A stretch of DNA of 64,000 nucleotides from Phoronis australis (GCA_002633005.1 NMRA01000105.1:124001-188000), one strand, 5' to 3'; numbered from the stretch's first letter, positions 53,901 to 64,000 are shown. The notes: generated by a model from the sequence alone, not told the origin. Translations and numbers: made by a program.

Positions 53901-54642
53901 TAAAAAATACTGCATTAGCCTCATACACTAAAATCTCATCAATTAATTACACAATATGGCAGACAAATGAATTCATTTAATTTTTCTTTTTTTTTTCATA
54001 AAAGATGAGTATCACCAAATAAGCTTTTGTCAATAATACAGCCACTATTAGACAATGTTTTGAGAAATTGTGAACAGTCACGATAATAAAAGATGGTGAA
54101 TGCTGGCAATCTTTTGTCCGAAATTAGTGAGATGTCACCGCATCTTAAATTTTCCACTGGTAATGCCCTGTCGTGAATTAATAGTCCACAATTGAGCAAC
54201 GGACAAAACTGAGCAAGAATTGAGAATGTTTGGTACGATAGATTAGGAAAGTAAATGATAGATTATGCGACAATTTACAATCTTGTTCAACTCACAGACG
54301 CATGCCCATCTCTCCAGAGGACATTAAAAAGCACTTTTATACCACAAAAATATCTTAAATTCACATTTAGAAATTCACATGCAATAGCAGAAAAGAAAAA
54401 CATGGCTATCCCAAAACAAATAATTTGCACCTTACAACTATTACTTACTATTGACATGAGAGTGAGCAAGTATTGTTCAATTTTTTTGCCATGGTAATCG
54501 AACATTTTCTTGTCTGCAACCACCATGATCTCCACGTAATGTTCGTGTGAATAGGAACGCTTGGTCCGCGAGTGTGCCTTGGTCTCAGTTGCCAGAGACA
54601 CCTGTTGGCTGGTTGTGTTAATACTGAATCTTTCTCCATGGC
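17842..54642 (-). CDS. ADAMTS9: ADAMTS9/20 (gon-1-like) metalloprotease, 5'-partial spliced CDS span, 32 exons
   Basis: Phase-consistent GT-AG exons totalling 5075 nt: furin site RTKR, zinc motif HELGHMFNLPHD, Met-turn VMSP, disintegrin-like, 15 TSRs with linkers after TSR6 and TSR8, and a C-terminal GON-1 domain, which is diagnostic of the ADAMTS9/20/GON-1 clade. Confidence 0.95.
18630..19069. mobile_element. Non-autonomous TIR element, copy B (inverted relative to 4823-5239)
   Basis: caggattttccatacataagcccatggg ... gggcttatctacggaaaatgtcgg|ta; internal homology to copy A. Confidence 0.75.
19387..19491 (-). CDS. ADAMTS9: ADAMTS9 exon, GON-1 domain
   Basis: [35 protein letters not shown]; ag/gtatgg, phases 0-0. 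Confidence 0.92.
20339..20430 (-). CDS. ADAMTS9: ADAMTS9 exon, GON-1 domain
   Basis: [31 protein letters not shown]; phases 1-0. Confidence 0.92.
20587..20810. repeat. Dispersed repeat family C, copy 1
   Basis: Collinear similarity to 50090-50331 (aaagcaggaatcaactaaaaa...cccttttagcagact...tttttagtatct). Confidence 0.7.
21028..21678. mobile_element. TTAA-flanked non-autonomous DNA transposon(s), Kolobok-like, probably composite
   Basis: TTAA|GGTTGCATAGGACC ... AGTACCACCACC|TTAA. Internal partner ends gggtccta and gtggtact near 21528-21548. Confidence 0.55.
21759..21898 (-). CDS. ADAMTS9: ADAMTS9 exon, GON-1 domain
   Basis: [46 protein letters not shown]; phases 2-1. Confidence 0.92.
22279..22465 (-). 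CDS. ADAMTS9: ADAMTS9 exon, start of GON-1 domain
   Basis: YVKTCKELK...[45 protein letters not shown]; phases 1-2. Confidence 0.93.
23233..23368 (-). CDS. ADAMTS9: ADAMTS9 exon, TSR15
   Basis: [16 protein letters not shown]...CYSGH; phases 0-1. Confidence 0.93.
25790..25981 (-). CDS. ADAMTS9: ADAMTS9 exon, TSR14
   Basis: [17 protein letters not shown]...[14 protein letters not shown]; phases 0-0. Confidence 0.93.
26143..26325. mobile_element. Tc1/mariner-type MITE
   Basis: TA|TAGGGTGA ... TCACCCTG|TA termini (left end one mismatch from CAGGGTGA). Confidence 0.6.
26546..26716 (-). CDS. ADAMTS9: ADAMTS9 exon, TSR13
   Basis: [17 protein letters not shown]...[12 protein letters not shown]; phases 0-0. 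Confidence 0.93.
28938..29447. repeat. 54-bp minisatellite, about 9 copies
   Basis: Unit gcttattagggttgataggttggcttgtcatcacagaacaatatatgtgtcgag. Confidence 0.95.
29844..30011 (-). CDS. ADAMTS9: Second, identical copy of the TSR12 exon (probable assembly duplication)
   Basis: Identical to 30782-30949 at an offset of 938 bp; the duplicated block abuts the N at 30043. Confidence 0.4.
30044..30385. repeat. 54-bp minisatellite, second array (about 6 copies) starting at the N
   Basis: Same unit as 28938-29447. Confidence 0.9.
30782..30949 (-). CDS. ADAMTS9: ADAMTS9 exon, TSR12
   Basis: [16 protein letters not shown]...[13 protein letters not shown]; phases 0-0. Confidence 0.9.
31584..31748 (-). 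CDS. ADAMTS9: ADAMTS9 exon, TSR11
   Basis: [16 protein letters not shown]...[11 protein letters not shown]. Confidence 0.93.
32637..32813 (-). CDS. ADAMTS9: ADAMTS9 exon, TSR10
   Basis: [16 protein letters not shown]...[14 protein letters not shown]. Confidence 0.93.
33442..33594 (-). CDS. ADAMTS9: ADAMTS9 exon, TSR9
   Basis: [16 protein letters not shown]...[11 protein letters not shown]. Confidence 0.93.
34665..34886 (-). CDS. ADAMTS9: ADAMTS9 exon, TSR8 plus linker 2
   Basis: [16 protein letters not shown]...CNLKPC...RWRTGPWGS. Confidence 0.93.
35172..35351. repeat. About 180-bp imperfect palindrome (foldback MITE-like)
   Basis: Arms centred on 35261-35262: ...ggccaataggtggtattttaaccg AC cggttaaaacaccacctattggcg... 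Confidence 0.85.
35526..35693 (-). CDS. ADAMTS9: ADAMTS9 exon, TSR7
   Basis: [16 protein letters not shown]...[11 protein letters not shown]. Confidence 0.92.
35733..35910 (+). mobile_element. tRNA-derived SINE-like repeat, family A copy 2
   Basis: gggttcgagtccc B-box and core shared with 9648-9810. Confidence 0.7.
36385..36639 (-). CDS. ADAMTS9: ADAMTS9 exon, TSR6 plus Thr/Pro-rich linker 1
   Basis: [16 protein letters not shown]...[19 protein letters not shown]...QWRTGGWTP. Confidence 0.93.
36930..37091 (-). CDS. ADAMTS9: ADAMTS9 exon, TSR5
   Basis: [16 protein letters not shown]...[11 protein letters not shown]. Confidence 0.93.
37389..37547 (-). CDS. ADAMTS9: ADAMTS9 exon, TSR4
   Basis: [17 protein letters not shown]...[11 protein letters not shown]. 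Confidence 0.92.
38300..38507 (-). CDS. ADAMTS9: ADAMTS9 exon, TSR3
   Basis: [18 protein letters not shown]...[13 protein letters not shown]; phases 2-0. Confidence 0.92.
39663..39789 (-). CDS. ADAMTS9: ADAMTS9 exon, second half of TSR2
   Basis: [23 protein letters not shown]...CNTECSI; phases 1-2. Confidence 0.92.
40133..40304 (-). CDS. ADAMTS9: ADAMTS9 exon, end of spacer and start of TSR2
   Basis: [16 protein letters not shown]...[18 protein letters not shown]; phases 0-1. Confidence 0.92.
40791..40972 (-). CDS. ADAMTS9: ADAMTS9 exon, spacer
   Basis: [27 protein letters not shown]...[12 protein letters not shown]...LVVM. Confidence 0.92.
41146..41257. mobile_element. Foldback MITE, about 112 bp
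   Basis: About 44-bp inverted arms (ggtaatggtctgatattacgtgcccaaattttgagaac...), flanked by gatcaagg / aatcaagg (candidate 8-bp TSD). Confidence 0.7.
41318..41413 (-). CDS. ADAMTS9: ADAMTS9 exon, spacer
   Basis: [32 protein letters not shown]; phases 1-1. Confidence 0.93.
41795..42150 (+). mobile_element. tRNA-derived repeat ending in a family B terminus
   Basis: A-box-like gtggtgtaatg, B-box gggttcaaatcc, ending in tgtggccaacatgtggcgtgcagacc. Confidence 0.55.
42748..42868 (-). CDS. ADAMTS9: ADAMTS9 exon, end of Cys-rich domain
   Basis: [40 protein letters not shown]. Confidence 0.95.
43385..43521 (-). CDS. ADAMTS9: ADAMTS9 exon, Cys-rich domain
   Basis: [45 protein letters not shown]. Confidence 0.95.
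43805..43971 (-). mobile_element. tRNA-derived SINE-like repeat
   Basis: Minus strand A-box tggcttagtgg and B-box gagttcaaatccc followed by a non-tRNA body. Confidence 0.6.
44168..44349 (-). CDS. ADAMTS9: ADAMTS9 exon, end of TSR1 and start of Cys-rich domain
   Basis: [19 protein letters not shown]...[19 protein letters not shown]...WVPKYAG. Confidence 0.95.
44680..45097. mobile_element. Degenerate TIR element related to the cccatgggc-containing family
   Basis: gatgcgcctttaaacccatgggc versus the reverse complement of gcccatgagcctaatggcgcagc; internal direct repeats. Confidence 0.45.
45655..45800 (-). CDS. ADAMTS9: ADAMTS9 exon, end of disintegrin-like domain and TSR1
   Basis: WCMKGKCV...[30 protein letters not shown]. 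Confidence 0.95.
47763..47858 (-). CDS. ADAMTS9: ADAMTS9 exon, disintegrin-like domain
   Basis: [32 protein letters not shown]. Confidence 0.95.
48881..49037 (-). CDS. ADAMTS9: ADAMTS9 exon, end of catalytic and start of disintegrin-like domain
   Basis: [11 protein letters not shown]...[25 protein letters not shown]. Confidence 0.95.
49820..49972 (-). CDS. ADAMTS9: ADAMTS9 exon, catalytic domain (third zinc His and Met-turn)
   Basis: [11 protein letters not shown]...[28 protein letters not shown]; a (TC)n tract serves as the polypyrimidine tract. Confidence 0.95.
50090..50331. repeat. Dispersed repeat family C, copy 2
   Basis: Collinear with 20587-20810. Confidence 0.7.
51217..51363 (-). 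CDS. ADAMTS9: ADAMTS9 exon, catalytic domain (HEXXH)
   Basis: [48 protein letters not shown]. Confidence 0.96.
51422..51570 (-). mobile_element. Repeat family B terminus with tRNA-like B-box
   Basis: aagtgtggtctgcatgtcacctgttggccaca followed by gggactcgaaccc (B-box on the minus strand). Confidence 0.6.
53044..53252 (-). CDS. ADAMTS9: ADAMTS9 exon, catalytic domain
   Basis: [18 protein letters not shown]...[13 protein letters not shown]...HHDAAVLLT. Confidence 0.95.
53364..53795. mobile_element. PIF/Harbinger-like MITE
   Basis: About 50-bp TIRs ggccagttgcatgaaacagtcccaaatagggactcaactaag / cttagttgagtccctaattgggaacgtttcatgcaaccggc. Confidence 0.75.
54449..54642 (-). CDS. ADAMTS9: ADAMTS9 exon, end of prodomain, furin site (RTKR, 54557-54568) and start of catalytic domain
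   Basis: HSRTKR|[36 protein letters not shown]; phases 1-0. Confidence 0.95.
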
Positions 54643-55406
54643 CTACAAAAACAAATACATTGACTTCATTTATAAAAAACACTATTTTTTAAAATATGAT
54701 GACAATTCATGACAATTTTACATACAAGCAAACAGCTTTGATCTTGAGAGACAAAAGTGCAATGCATCATAACTGTCCCAGACAGAGTGCAACATATGGT
54801 CAGAATATAAAAATGTGAAATGAACCTGAATTTGATGATTTAGTTTGACAAAGATAGAATGCTTATATGATTTGTTTGAACCTCTTGATTTCCTGAAGAG
54901 TGATCTCAAATAAATAAACAATGCAGGATGTTGGAATAATTACTTCAAGGAACAGTACATATGGATCACATATAGTGAAAGGTGTATAGGAAACCTGGGA
55001 GTAATACAGCATTATCTCCCCTTGATGAAGCAAACAGTGAAGGTTGAAGGGGCATTTCGCCCCTGCTTGGCTGTCAATGATGAATTCTTAAAAACATTAC
55101 TGGTAATGCAATGATTGAATGAGCATAATCTTGAATCCTGAATTGTTACTGAATGAGCCGCAAATTCAAGTCACAGGCAATGCGTACACGTGCCATTTTT
55201 GAATTCGCAATTTAAGGGTTGGCCAAGCCTAATAAACCCTGAAACATTTTCTTAAACAGTCACTGATGGTTTTGTGATTATTGCTAGTGACAGAAAGAGA
55301 ATTCCATCACAGTCCGGACTATTACGAGATTGAATACTTGAGAGGAGAAGGCCTAATTCAATTTTCATTCTTTAAACAGCTATGGGGCAAAATGCAGCTT
55401 CAACAT

Positions 55407-55828
55407 ACACCCTCATACACTTAAGAACCCACGGCTTACACGTGACACCCTCATACACTTAAGAACCCACGGCTTACACGTGACACCCTCATACACTTAA
55501 GAACCCACGGCTTACACGTGACACCCTCATACACTTAAGAACCCACAGCCGACACCTGACACCTTCATACACTTAAGAACCCATGGCCTACACCTGACAC
55601 CTTCATACACTTAAGAACCCATGCCCTACACCAGATACCTTCATACACTTAAGAACCAACGGCCTACACCAGACACCTTCATACACTTAAGAACCCACGG
55701 TTTACAACAGACACCTTCATACACTTAAGAACCCACGGCCTACACCTGACACCTTCGTACACTTAAGAACCCATGGCCTACACCTGACACCTTCATACAC
55801 TTAAGAACCCATGGCCTACACCAGACAC
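55407..55828. repeat. 38-bp minisatellite, about 11 copies
   Basis: Unit acacc(c/t)tcatacacttaagaacccayggc(c/t)tacac(c/g)tg. Confidence 0.95.
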
Positions 55829-58800
55829 AAGCAGGTTAAAGGCATACTTTTTTACAAATGTTCTACAAACTACCATAGGATGTCCAATGAGGCATGTCAG
55901 CATCAGGTAATACATTTGAATACCTAATGTCTATAGCAGACAAGTGTAAAATCGGTAGTATAGATTCAGCCACTGAATTGTTGTGCCAACTACTATGGCA
56001 TTGTAGAGCAAAAAAGTTGACACAAAATATATTTCATCTACAATGGCGATTACATTTTTGGGATGGGTAGCAAAAATAACAATTGAGTGTGAATTACATG
56101 AACTTAATTTGCAGTTATTACCCATGCGACCGCTACCTGCCGCCAGCGAAGGCAACAAATTCGTTGGACAATTGGTCAATGGTAATATGGCCAATTAGAC
56201 TATGATCAAAGATGTCAGTTACGTTGACCTTACTGAACCTAAGCACGATTTTTGTCATTTAGGTTTACGGGAAATAAGCTAGATTCTTGCCTGATCACTA
56301 GATGGAGCCATGGTCCCATGTTCCCTGGGCTTTATCAGTCTTTTGGAGGCCGTGTGGACGCTATTTAAACTAGTGCAACTTGCCCCACTTGTGACAACAT
56401 ACTCGACCTTATTGAGGTAGAGTAACTTGTTCTAGAATAATTTGCGCTACTTATAATTCCTTTGAGGCCGCAAACCTGGGGCAAGGCGGAAGTAAGCTGC
56501 GATAACACACAGACGTCTGCGTTTTCTTTTGCACACTGTGCTAAAATTTGGTGTTCATTGTCATGCACAGGGCAACAACTTCCGCTTTACCCTAGTTATG
56601 GGATATCTGAATGTGGACACTCCACTCAGAAGTTGAGGGCGGGCCCTATGGAAAGCAGTGAGAACCACCCTCATCGTAAATATTACAATGATTAATAAAT
56701 AAAGTTACACTAGTGCAAGTTATTCCAAGGTAGGCGGTGTGTGGACGGGAATTAACACGCATGTGCGTTGCTATCATTTTGTCAAAGTCATAAACACAAT
56801 TTGAAGCTGCTACAAACACACACTCCGTCTAAGAAATTAATTAATTGATGCAACTTACAGCAATGACAAAACTGGTCTTATCTTCCTCAACTCAAAAGAA
56901 GACTGGTCTCGGGGTTTGGAAAGACTGACAGTTGTATGGCTGAGATCTGGCACTACGGTTGGCTTGTCATGAGCGTGTCATTTTATGCACTGAGCACTGC
57001 ACCCTCTTAAGCATTAACAAACTGCCAGTTTTTCCTAACCCAAAATTTGCCATTTAATGGAGATAGAAAAACTTGAGACCAAATTCCTCACAGTAAGTGG
57101 TTTAAATAAATAGTTAGCTTTTTGATGGAATGCAGGGGTTTATAGTACATTACAAACATCTCCTGTTTAGTGAGTACTGTAGACTGAGCAGTTTTCAAAA
57201 GCAGATACCAATCTGATCTATAATTAAGGGCTCTGGCTGCACACAAAAAGAACTTAGATCGACTGTAATGATAGGGAGTGTACCTAGTGCATAGTGGTTG
57301 TTGTAGTTATCTAGTGACAAAGGTACAGCATGCCTGTAGAGCATACAGTTTGTAATGAGTTTATATAGCTCAGAATCCCAAAGCTTAGAAATAATTATAT
57401 TCCTGGCCACACAGAACCAAGCAAATTGGTCAAGACTGAATAATGAAACACTTAATATAATGTGACACAAGAGGTTGGAATCCTGACAAGCAAGACTGAG
57501 TCACCAAATTAATACAACCACAGACACTAGTGTGCAGGTAAAACCTCTTCCTATGCAGCATAGAAATGACATCACTGCAAGAAAATGCGTAAAACTCCTC
57601 GAGGTAAACTATTGGTTTGAATGAAGACAACTTTTCTAAAATGTAGCGATATCATGTTTCGTTAGTAAAACATCCACAAGTTTTCGTCTTCATTCAAACT
57701 TTATCCTGTTAGTCAATACGAGATCTTTCAGTAACCTCTTAGTTACACTACATCTCTCCCCTTCAGACGAATTACTAAAAACAAGCTAACTTTTATATCA
57801 TACATCTTTCGCAAAAACGAGAATCAGGAAATTTTCCTCAAATCTAGGCTTGGGGTCTTCCAAGCCAGGGGAAACCAAATAGCTACAAAAACAGTAGTGC
57901 TTATACCAGCTATTTACAGTAACTGCTAAAGCAAACAAAATTTTGGATATGTTGTCAAACTGTAACAAAACCCACAATGCATTTGCAAGGTCGCGCACTT
58001 AGCAAGTGCATTTTAGTATCTTTCATTGAACATGATGTGGGATTATGAGGAAATGGACTCTTGGGTATTCTACAAAGAGAGACCACAAAGTTATCAATTA
58101 AATCCTTTAGGATGATAAGTCCCTGATAGTAACCATAAATTGTGGTCATCAGTCTCTTACCCATCTGTCAAGGGCAGGAAGGAAGCCAAAAGAACAAATA
58201 AACTGTGGGTTCATAATCACAATCAGATATCTGAACCTTAATCTGCAACAGAGGTAGAGGGCGCCGGTAGCAAGCAGTCCTCAATGTGTGCAACACAGGT
58301 GGGAACAGGAATTTTTTTCATGAAAATCGATTTAAAAGACTGAATTAAGAATTTTTTGCATAACTAAAAAAGTATCTGGGAAATCATAGCTGCTACTTAC
58401 TGAGATAAATTTGCATAAATTATTTCTAGCTTGTGATGTGCCAATACATGGCTAAATCTTAATTCATTATACCAAATTACGCCGCAAGTCACTTTTCATG
58501 AAACAAACCCCAGGAATCCTGATTTATTTAGGGATAAACATATACATATAGGGAATGTAAAGCACTGACTGGCCACCGAGAAATTCTAAACACTGGCCAC
58601 TGATATCTGTACAAGATTTCATCAGGAATTTATTGAAAGCAGCTTGGATATTCAAGAGATTACAGTTATTTAAATTAAAGATAGCTAAAGTTCAATTTTA
58701 CAAATGGAGTCATGATTAACCAATGTGATTTTCCAATCACAAACATAGGCTTTGAAAGTATAAGAATTTCAGCTTAAAATGTTGGCAGTTACGTGAAAGG

Positions 58801-59125
58801 CACTAATTAGCAGGAATAAAATCTATGGTACAGTCAAATATAAACTCACCCACCGTTTACCACAAAAGCTAATTTTTGATATAGACCACTTTGCGTTCTG
58901 AAACTGTCTCCTAGTGAAATAAGATGTGATTTCCAGGTACGGAAATAACTCAATTTGTTATTGCTCGAGATCCGACTCTCCAAGTTGACTTGTCGCCTCG
59001 GTCATTTTGTGCGCTAAACGTGGTCTCAAATAATCAAGCCCAGAAACCAGAACAAGTTGAGGTCAATCAAAAGGTGGAAAAAGCCCAAATCAAAAGTTAT
59101 TTTTTGACAGAATGCAGTCACTTAC

Positions 59126-60770
59126 AGGAGAATGCCACCCAAAAAACAACCTATTTTGTATCAATTTAGATAGAGTAGTTATACACAACAACGGCACCTT
59201 CGGTTGCGTTATCTGACACCTGACGGGAGACAGATGTGTTGAAATTATCCAATGACATAATTGGTTTCACACACAGTCTGTTCAGAAGTTCACAACACGG
59301 GTTACTCATGTGTCAGCTTATCGCCTGAATTCATCGTTTAACACTAATAAATCATCAAACGTCGATGTAAAACCCTTAAAAATACACCGAGTTCTTATAA
59401 AAATGTGTTGTTTTATTTCGCTGTTACGGATTTACTGGTATTTGGATACACCGTAGCCTACAAAGTTCGACAGGACAATTTACCAAGGTCCGTAGCACTG
59501 AGGAGTTAAGGGTCTGTTCGGAGATAAATTCGAAGTATTCTTCTGTGAAATACAGACAGGAGAACCTAGATCTGTGTTGTTATACTTGTGATTTTTTGAG
59601 TTCTAAACACACAAAACGCTAGTTATTCCGGCCAGTGGCTCGGAACCCGATCAGGCCTGTCGCAGCCGCCGGGACTGGCACGAACATAAACCAGCTTGAG
59701 TTAGAAACTAAACCTCCAGTCACGAAAGACTATAATAGTGAGCCAAAGAAATAATGTGCACGTAATTATTTATGTGAAATAGCCACGAAACTGAAAACCT
59801 ATTTACTTGTCGGGGGCCGCGATGTCGGGTTCCCCTTTGGTCAGGGCAAACGCTGAACAGTAACAATGATTTGAATAATGTATTTGTATTTCTAAATAAA
59901 GATTCCCCTAACATGTGACCATAGCATATACCAAATCGAGTAATTGTTTCACAACAGCTTTCTATCAGCAAACACTGAATTAGCATGCGCTCACACGGCC
60001 TTGGTGCCCGGTCAATTACCTTTTTTGCCGGCATTAAAAGCTAGTAACGCAGTGGTTTATTCATTGCTTCTCAAAACATTTGCACTCATGAGCACTCCAA
60101 GGCATTACAAATTGTATCTAATGAGACAAACTTTGTTTCAGTTTCATATAAGCATTGGTTAGGATGAGAATAATTCATTTTGAAACAGAACCCACAATAA
60201 TAAACGTCTACATGGCAACTCGCCCCCCGTCAATCCCGACTTAGTCAAAAGCTCACGGGTCGGATCGTTAGGTTTCACAGGCTATCAGTTTGAACCGGAA
60301 TACACTGATCAAGGAATACTAGAGAGGCGCCGTGAACATACACAGGCAACGGAACTTATGGATAGTTCTTTGGTAAGCCGCAATTCGTCAGAGAAATCAC
60401 TGTCAACAAAATGCTGGCCACAGACACGGAGATGTTTCACGGCCTCAATACTTGCTATTAACAGCCTACCTTTCATTTTTCACTACCGCGAGCCACTTCC
60501 TAACCATTTCGGGCTCTCGAGGAAGCCAAAAAAAACGATATACCCGCTTTCTTCGGAGCTTCATAGTTCGGACAAGCGGGAACGATGCACCGCAATGTAG
60601 CGGCATTCACTCTGCATATGAACCACTGACGTCGCTGCGTCGTTTCTCACCTTCCTCACAGGTTAACGAGACACCTCTCAGCAAGGTGAGGTCGACCGTA
60701 TAAGAGGCGATGTGGATTTAGACCGATTAAGACAGTAAAAAAGGCTAATTAAATCGGGTGGCATTCTCCT
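59126..60770. mobile_element. Kolobok-like non-autonomous DNA transposon with THAP remnant
   Basis: Perfect 15-bp TIR AGGAGAATGCCACCC / GGGTGGCATTCTCCT with TTAA-like flanks. Frameshifted THAP domain on the minus strand at about 60340-60606 (CPN..GISFF, LPREP...KWL, HLRVCGQHFVDSDF). Confidence 0.8.
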
Positions 60771-63126
60771 TTTAAGTTTCCAAAACTGACGTGATTTTCA
60801 AACAGAACAGAAATGCTATGCATTATCTGTCTTCAAGAGAACAGTGTTATGGCTGAAAACACATGTGTGGAATTATTGCTGGATGTCTTCTTAAAGTTCC
60901 CAACTTTGACCAGAGCTTTAAAACAACAGAATTCGTTGTGTTTCGTAATTTCAATAATGCTTCCCATAGTCTCCAAGACATTTACTGAAACGAAGACAGT
61001 GAGTTTATTACGAATGCTTCACATAACAAAACATTCCTTGTTGCAGACCAGTGATTTTATACTGTATGCTTGGCTCTGCAATATACCGAGTGGGTGAAAG
61101 CTCCTCCAACTGAGGCTAGACTGCAACTCAGAGGGTTGCAGGCTGGGTTCAATTCTGCACTGAGGTTGATATCAGAAATTCATTTCTCTCACTGATAATA
61201 TCATTTGACACAATGGGACACCAAAGGAGTGAATTACCTTTCTTATAACAGGAAATAAATCATCAGCCCCCCCCCCATGGGTTGCCAGCAGAGGAATGTT
61301 CTCCCTAAGACAGATGAAGGTCCAACAGAGAGGACATGCTGGCAACATGGAAACAGGCAATAAATTGGTGGTGTTCAGGAAATTGGTGAGTAAATTTGTG
61401 GTTTCCTCAATAGTTGGATTTATCACTAAATAGTCTAGACTACAGACACCAAGACTCAAGTGCAACTAGTACCAACCAACACCTAAGCAACCTGGTTCAC
61501 AAGAACCCCCCCCCCCAAGTCAAAAATCAGAATTTAAACATTTGTCAAAATGTTGGACTTTTGTCTAGATAGCTGAAATTATCCATACAATGTTAAAACT
61601 TGATCGGGCACCTAAGGTCACTCCAGGTTTAGAAAACGTGAAACATTCAAATAAAATGTGGGGCACCACATCAACAGAAAATGAATTTGACTACTTTGAG
61701 CATACCTTATCCGTCCAAATTAAACATTGAGGGCTTCGGAGAACCTAAGCATCCAAGGGACACGTATGTTTGTAAAAGTTTGCACCTGTCACTATAAAAA
61801 TTCCACGGGCCCTGACACAAAACAAGAACACTCAACAGTCATTAGTATTTAGCCCACTTTTATGAAATAGGGAACCAGTAACAGAAATCTTTGACACCTT
61901 ACACCATAGCTGGAAGTCAAGTGCCTCACGTTTTTCAAAGAAACGTTTGTTGATCATCCCAAGATCGCAGACACATTTAAGCTGACAATGTACAATAATA
62001 AAAAACATTGGCCATTTAAAACAGAATTTAGTTGAAAGCACGAAACATTCCATTCACTGGATAAAGCTGATTACTTCATGATACAGAACAATGAGAAGGA
62101 TTCCAAACAATTTCGATTAAGATTTGCCCACGGCCATGTCGCCTTTGATAACGTGAGTGATGTCTTCTCTGGTCGCAGCCAGTACTCTCACAGCCATAGT
62201 AAACAGAAATTCCTACATTCCCACATCCAAAAATCATCTCACTTCTCTTGTGGAGGTAGAAAAAATGCACTTGAGTTGCTGACCTAGGTTTCACCTCCAA
62301 GCCAGAGTTGTGACATTAACGTTCTCGCTCAGCTTTTAAAAATTTTTTCCACTATGCAACAACAAAACTTTATTCCCTTCAGAATGAAAAAATTCCGAGA
62401 ACTAATTTTTGTGTAAAACATGGATTACTATGACGGCAGGGTTAAACTGTGAGGCAAGTGTGAAGCATTGTGGGTAAATACACCAGAATCAGAGAGGGCC
62501 CTGCTGTATATTGCAGGAAGCAGATGTTGAAAGGTTGGTCACACGCATTGCGTGGGAGGACGAACATTGTCCAACTAAACGGACACAGCTGTTGTTGCAT
62601 GCTGCATCCCATGCAAATTGAATTGATGATGCACTTTCACAAAACAATGATACCAGGTCACATGGAATCCATGACCTCAGCTGCCACCTTGTATTATGGG
62701 AGGGAATTTAGCACTCCACTGTAGGTGGTTTTAGGGTACACTTTCACTGATACGAAAAGAACTGGGTTGCCTACAATTAGGCTACAAGTATCCTGCAAAT
62801 GGCGAGATCATAAAAGTCTCCACGTATGAACAAACCAAGCGACTGATCTCACTAGTTTTCACCGAGTTGTGCCAACAGTTCCTGTAACTTCCAAATACAG
62901 AAATACAATGAGCGTCATCTCAAGTGGCAGCTTTCATGTGGAAGGCAGATGTGCTAGAGAAATTGAAAGCGAAGATTAATTAATGTGTAACGAACAAACA
63001 GAGCTTCATGCAATCTGATCAAAAACAATACTGTGAAGGTCATCCAAAGGTCGTCCACACGATTGATATGGAAAAGGGCATCTGCTGTGAATCTCAGGGA
63101 ATTGGAATAATATTACAGATCAATTA

Positions 63127-63178
63127 TAAGGGTGAGAAAATAAGAGGGTGAGAAAATAAGAGGGTGAGAAAATAAGAG
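63127..63178. repeat. 16-bp tandem repeat, 3 copies
   Basis: (gagggtgagaaaataa)x3. Confidence 0.85.
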
Positions 63179-64000
63179 TTGGATCTGTGTGGAGGTACCA
63201 ATGTCATTTTTGTGGCTCTCATATGTGGACATGTGTAAAGCAAAATGCGACTGAAAGATCATGTCGCCACCTGTTGGTGCATACTTAAGGTTGGCAAAAT
63301 GCCCAGACCTGTCAACAACATCCTACATAATCTTCGTACGTCACACCTCTTGACTAGTTGAAAAAAATTGTTTTCACTTTTACATTTAAAATGCTGCCAC
63401 TTCCTACGTGAGGTAAAAATGCAACAAGAAGTCATTGATTCCACAAAACTGGTCACGCATTTATTTACACAAAACATGTCACATTACTTCAACCCACCCA
63501 CTACTGTTCAGCGAAGTAGAGAACACTCCCTTGTCAACTGTACCAGATCATGTTAAAAGTAATTGATCATCAGACTCCATATTGATTTAAACTCCAGTGA
63601 CAGTTCAGCCCTTAAATAAGTTTGACAACTTATCCAAGGCAAACAGTGGGCAGTTTACGTCACGACACAATTTAAATTTAATGCGGCAGTGGTTCATTTT
63701 TCCCGGAAAGAATAACGACATTGTTTTTTTTCTATTTTAAAAGGATGACTGCCTTGCTTCAAATGTTCAAATTTGATAAGTTTCGTTTCATAGCAAAAAA
63801 ATTCCAATTGCCCACAATACAGTCAGCTAAGTACCACGCAGGTGAAGAATTTCAGTAATCACTGCAAACAACTGTCACACTGACACAAAGTTAACCTTGA
63901 TTCTGAGAACCAATTCCCTCTGAGCCGAGTCTAAACAAAAGTGACTGCTTACAAAAAGTATGCCAACAATTCTTTTGTTATAGAGTTTATAACAATACAA

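Noticed and set aside
55407-55828. CRISPR-like look of regularly spaced 38-bp units
   Set aside because: The units are contiguous without unique spacers, there are no cas genes, and the context is a eukaryotic intron.
54643-64000. Search for ADAMTS9 signal-peptide/prodomain exons or a nested gene
   Set aside because: No recognisable prodomain motifs or domain-bearing ORFs apart from TE remnants; treated as part of a long intron.

Overview
Eukaryotic, AT-rich, intron-rich animal DNA (probably a marine invertebrate; inferred from gene and repeat content). Most of the window is a minus-strand ADAMTS9/20 (gon-1-like) gene. I read 32 GT-AG coding exons (54642 to 17842) with consistent phases, about 1,690 codons. 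They run from the furin site RTKR through the catalytic domain (HELGHMFNLPHD), disintegrin-like, TSR1, Cys-rich, spacer, 14 further TSRs and the GON-1 domain. The signal peptide and most prodomain exons lie beyond the right edge. One TSR exon appears twice around a single N (30043), most likely an assembly artefact. On the plus strand, the last coding exon of an SLC35B4-like transporter (8996-9290) converges on ADAMTS9. It is preceded by a perfect U12 branch site and an intron of at least 9 kb filled with nested decayed transposons. Introns carry MITEs, tRNA-derived repeats, two minisatellites, a Kolobok-like element and a Penelope-type hammerhead-like motif. I found no clearly new biological system. 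The best leads are a candidate alternative last exon that would remove the GON-1 domain, the TE-expanded U12 intron, and duplicated exon-end/donor arrays.
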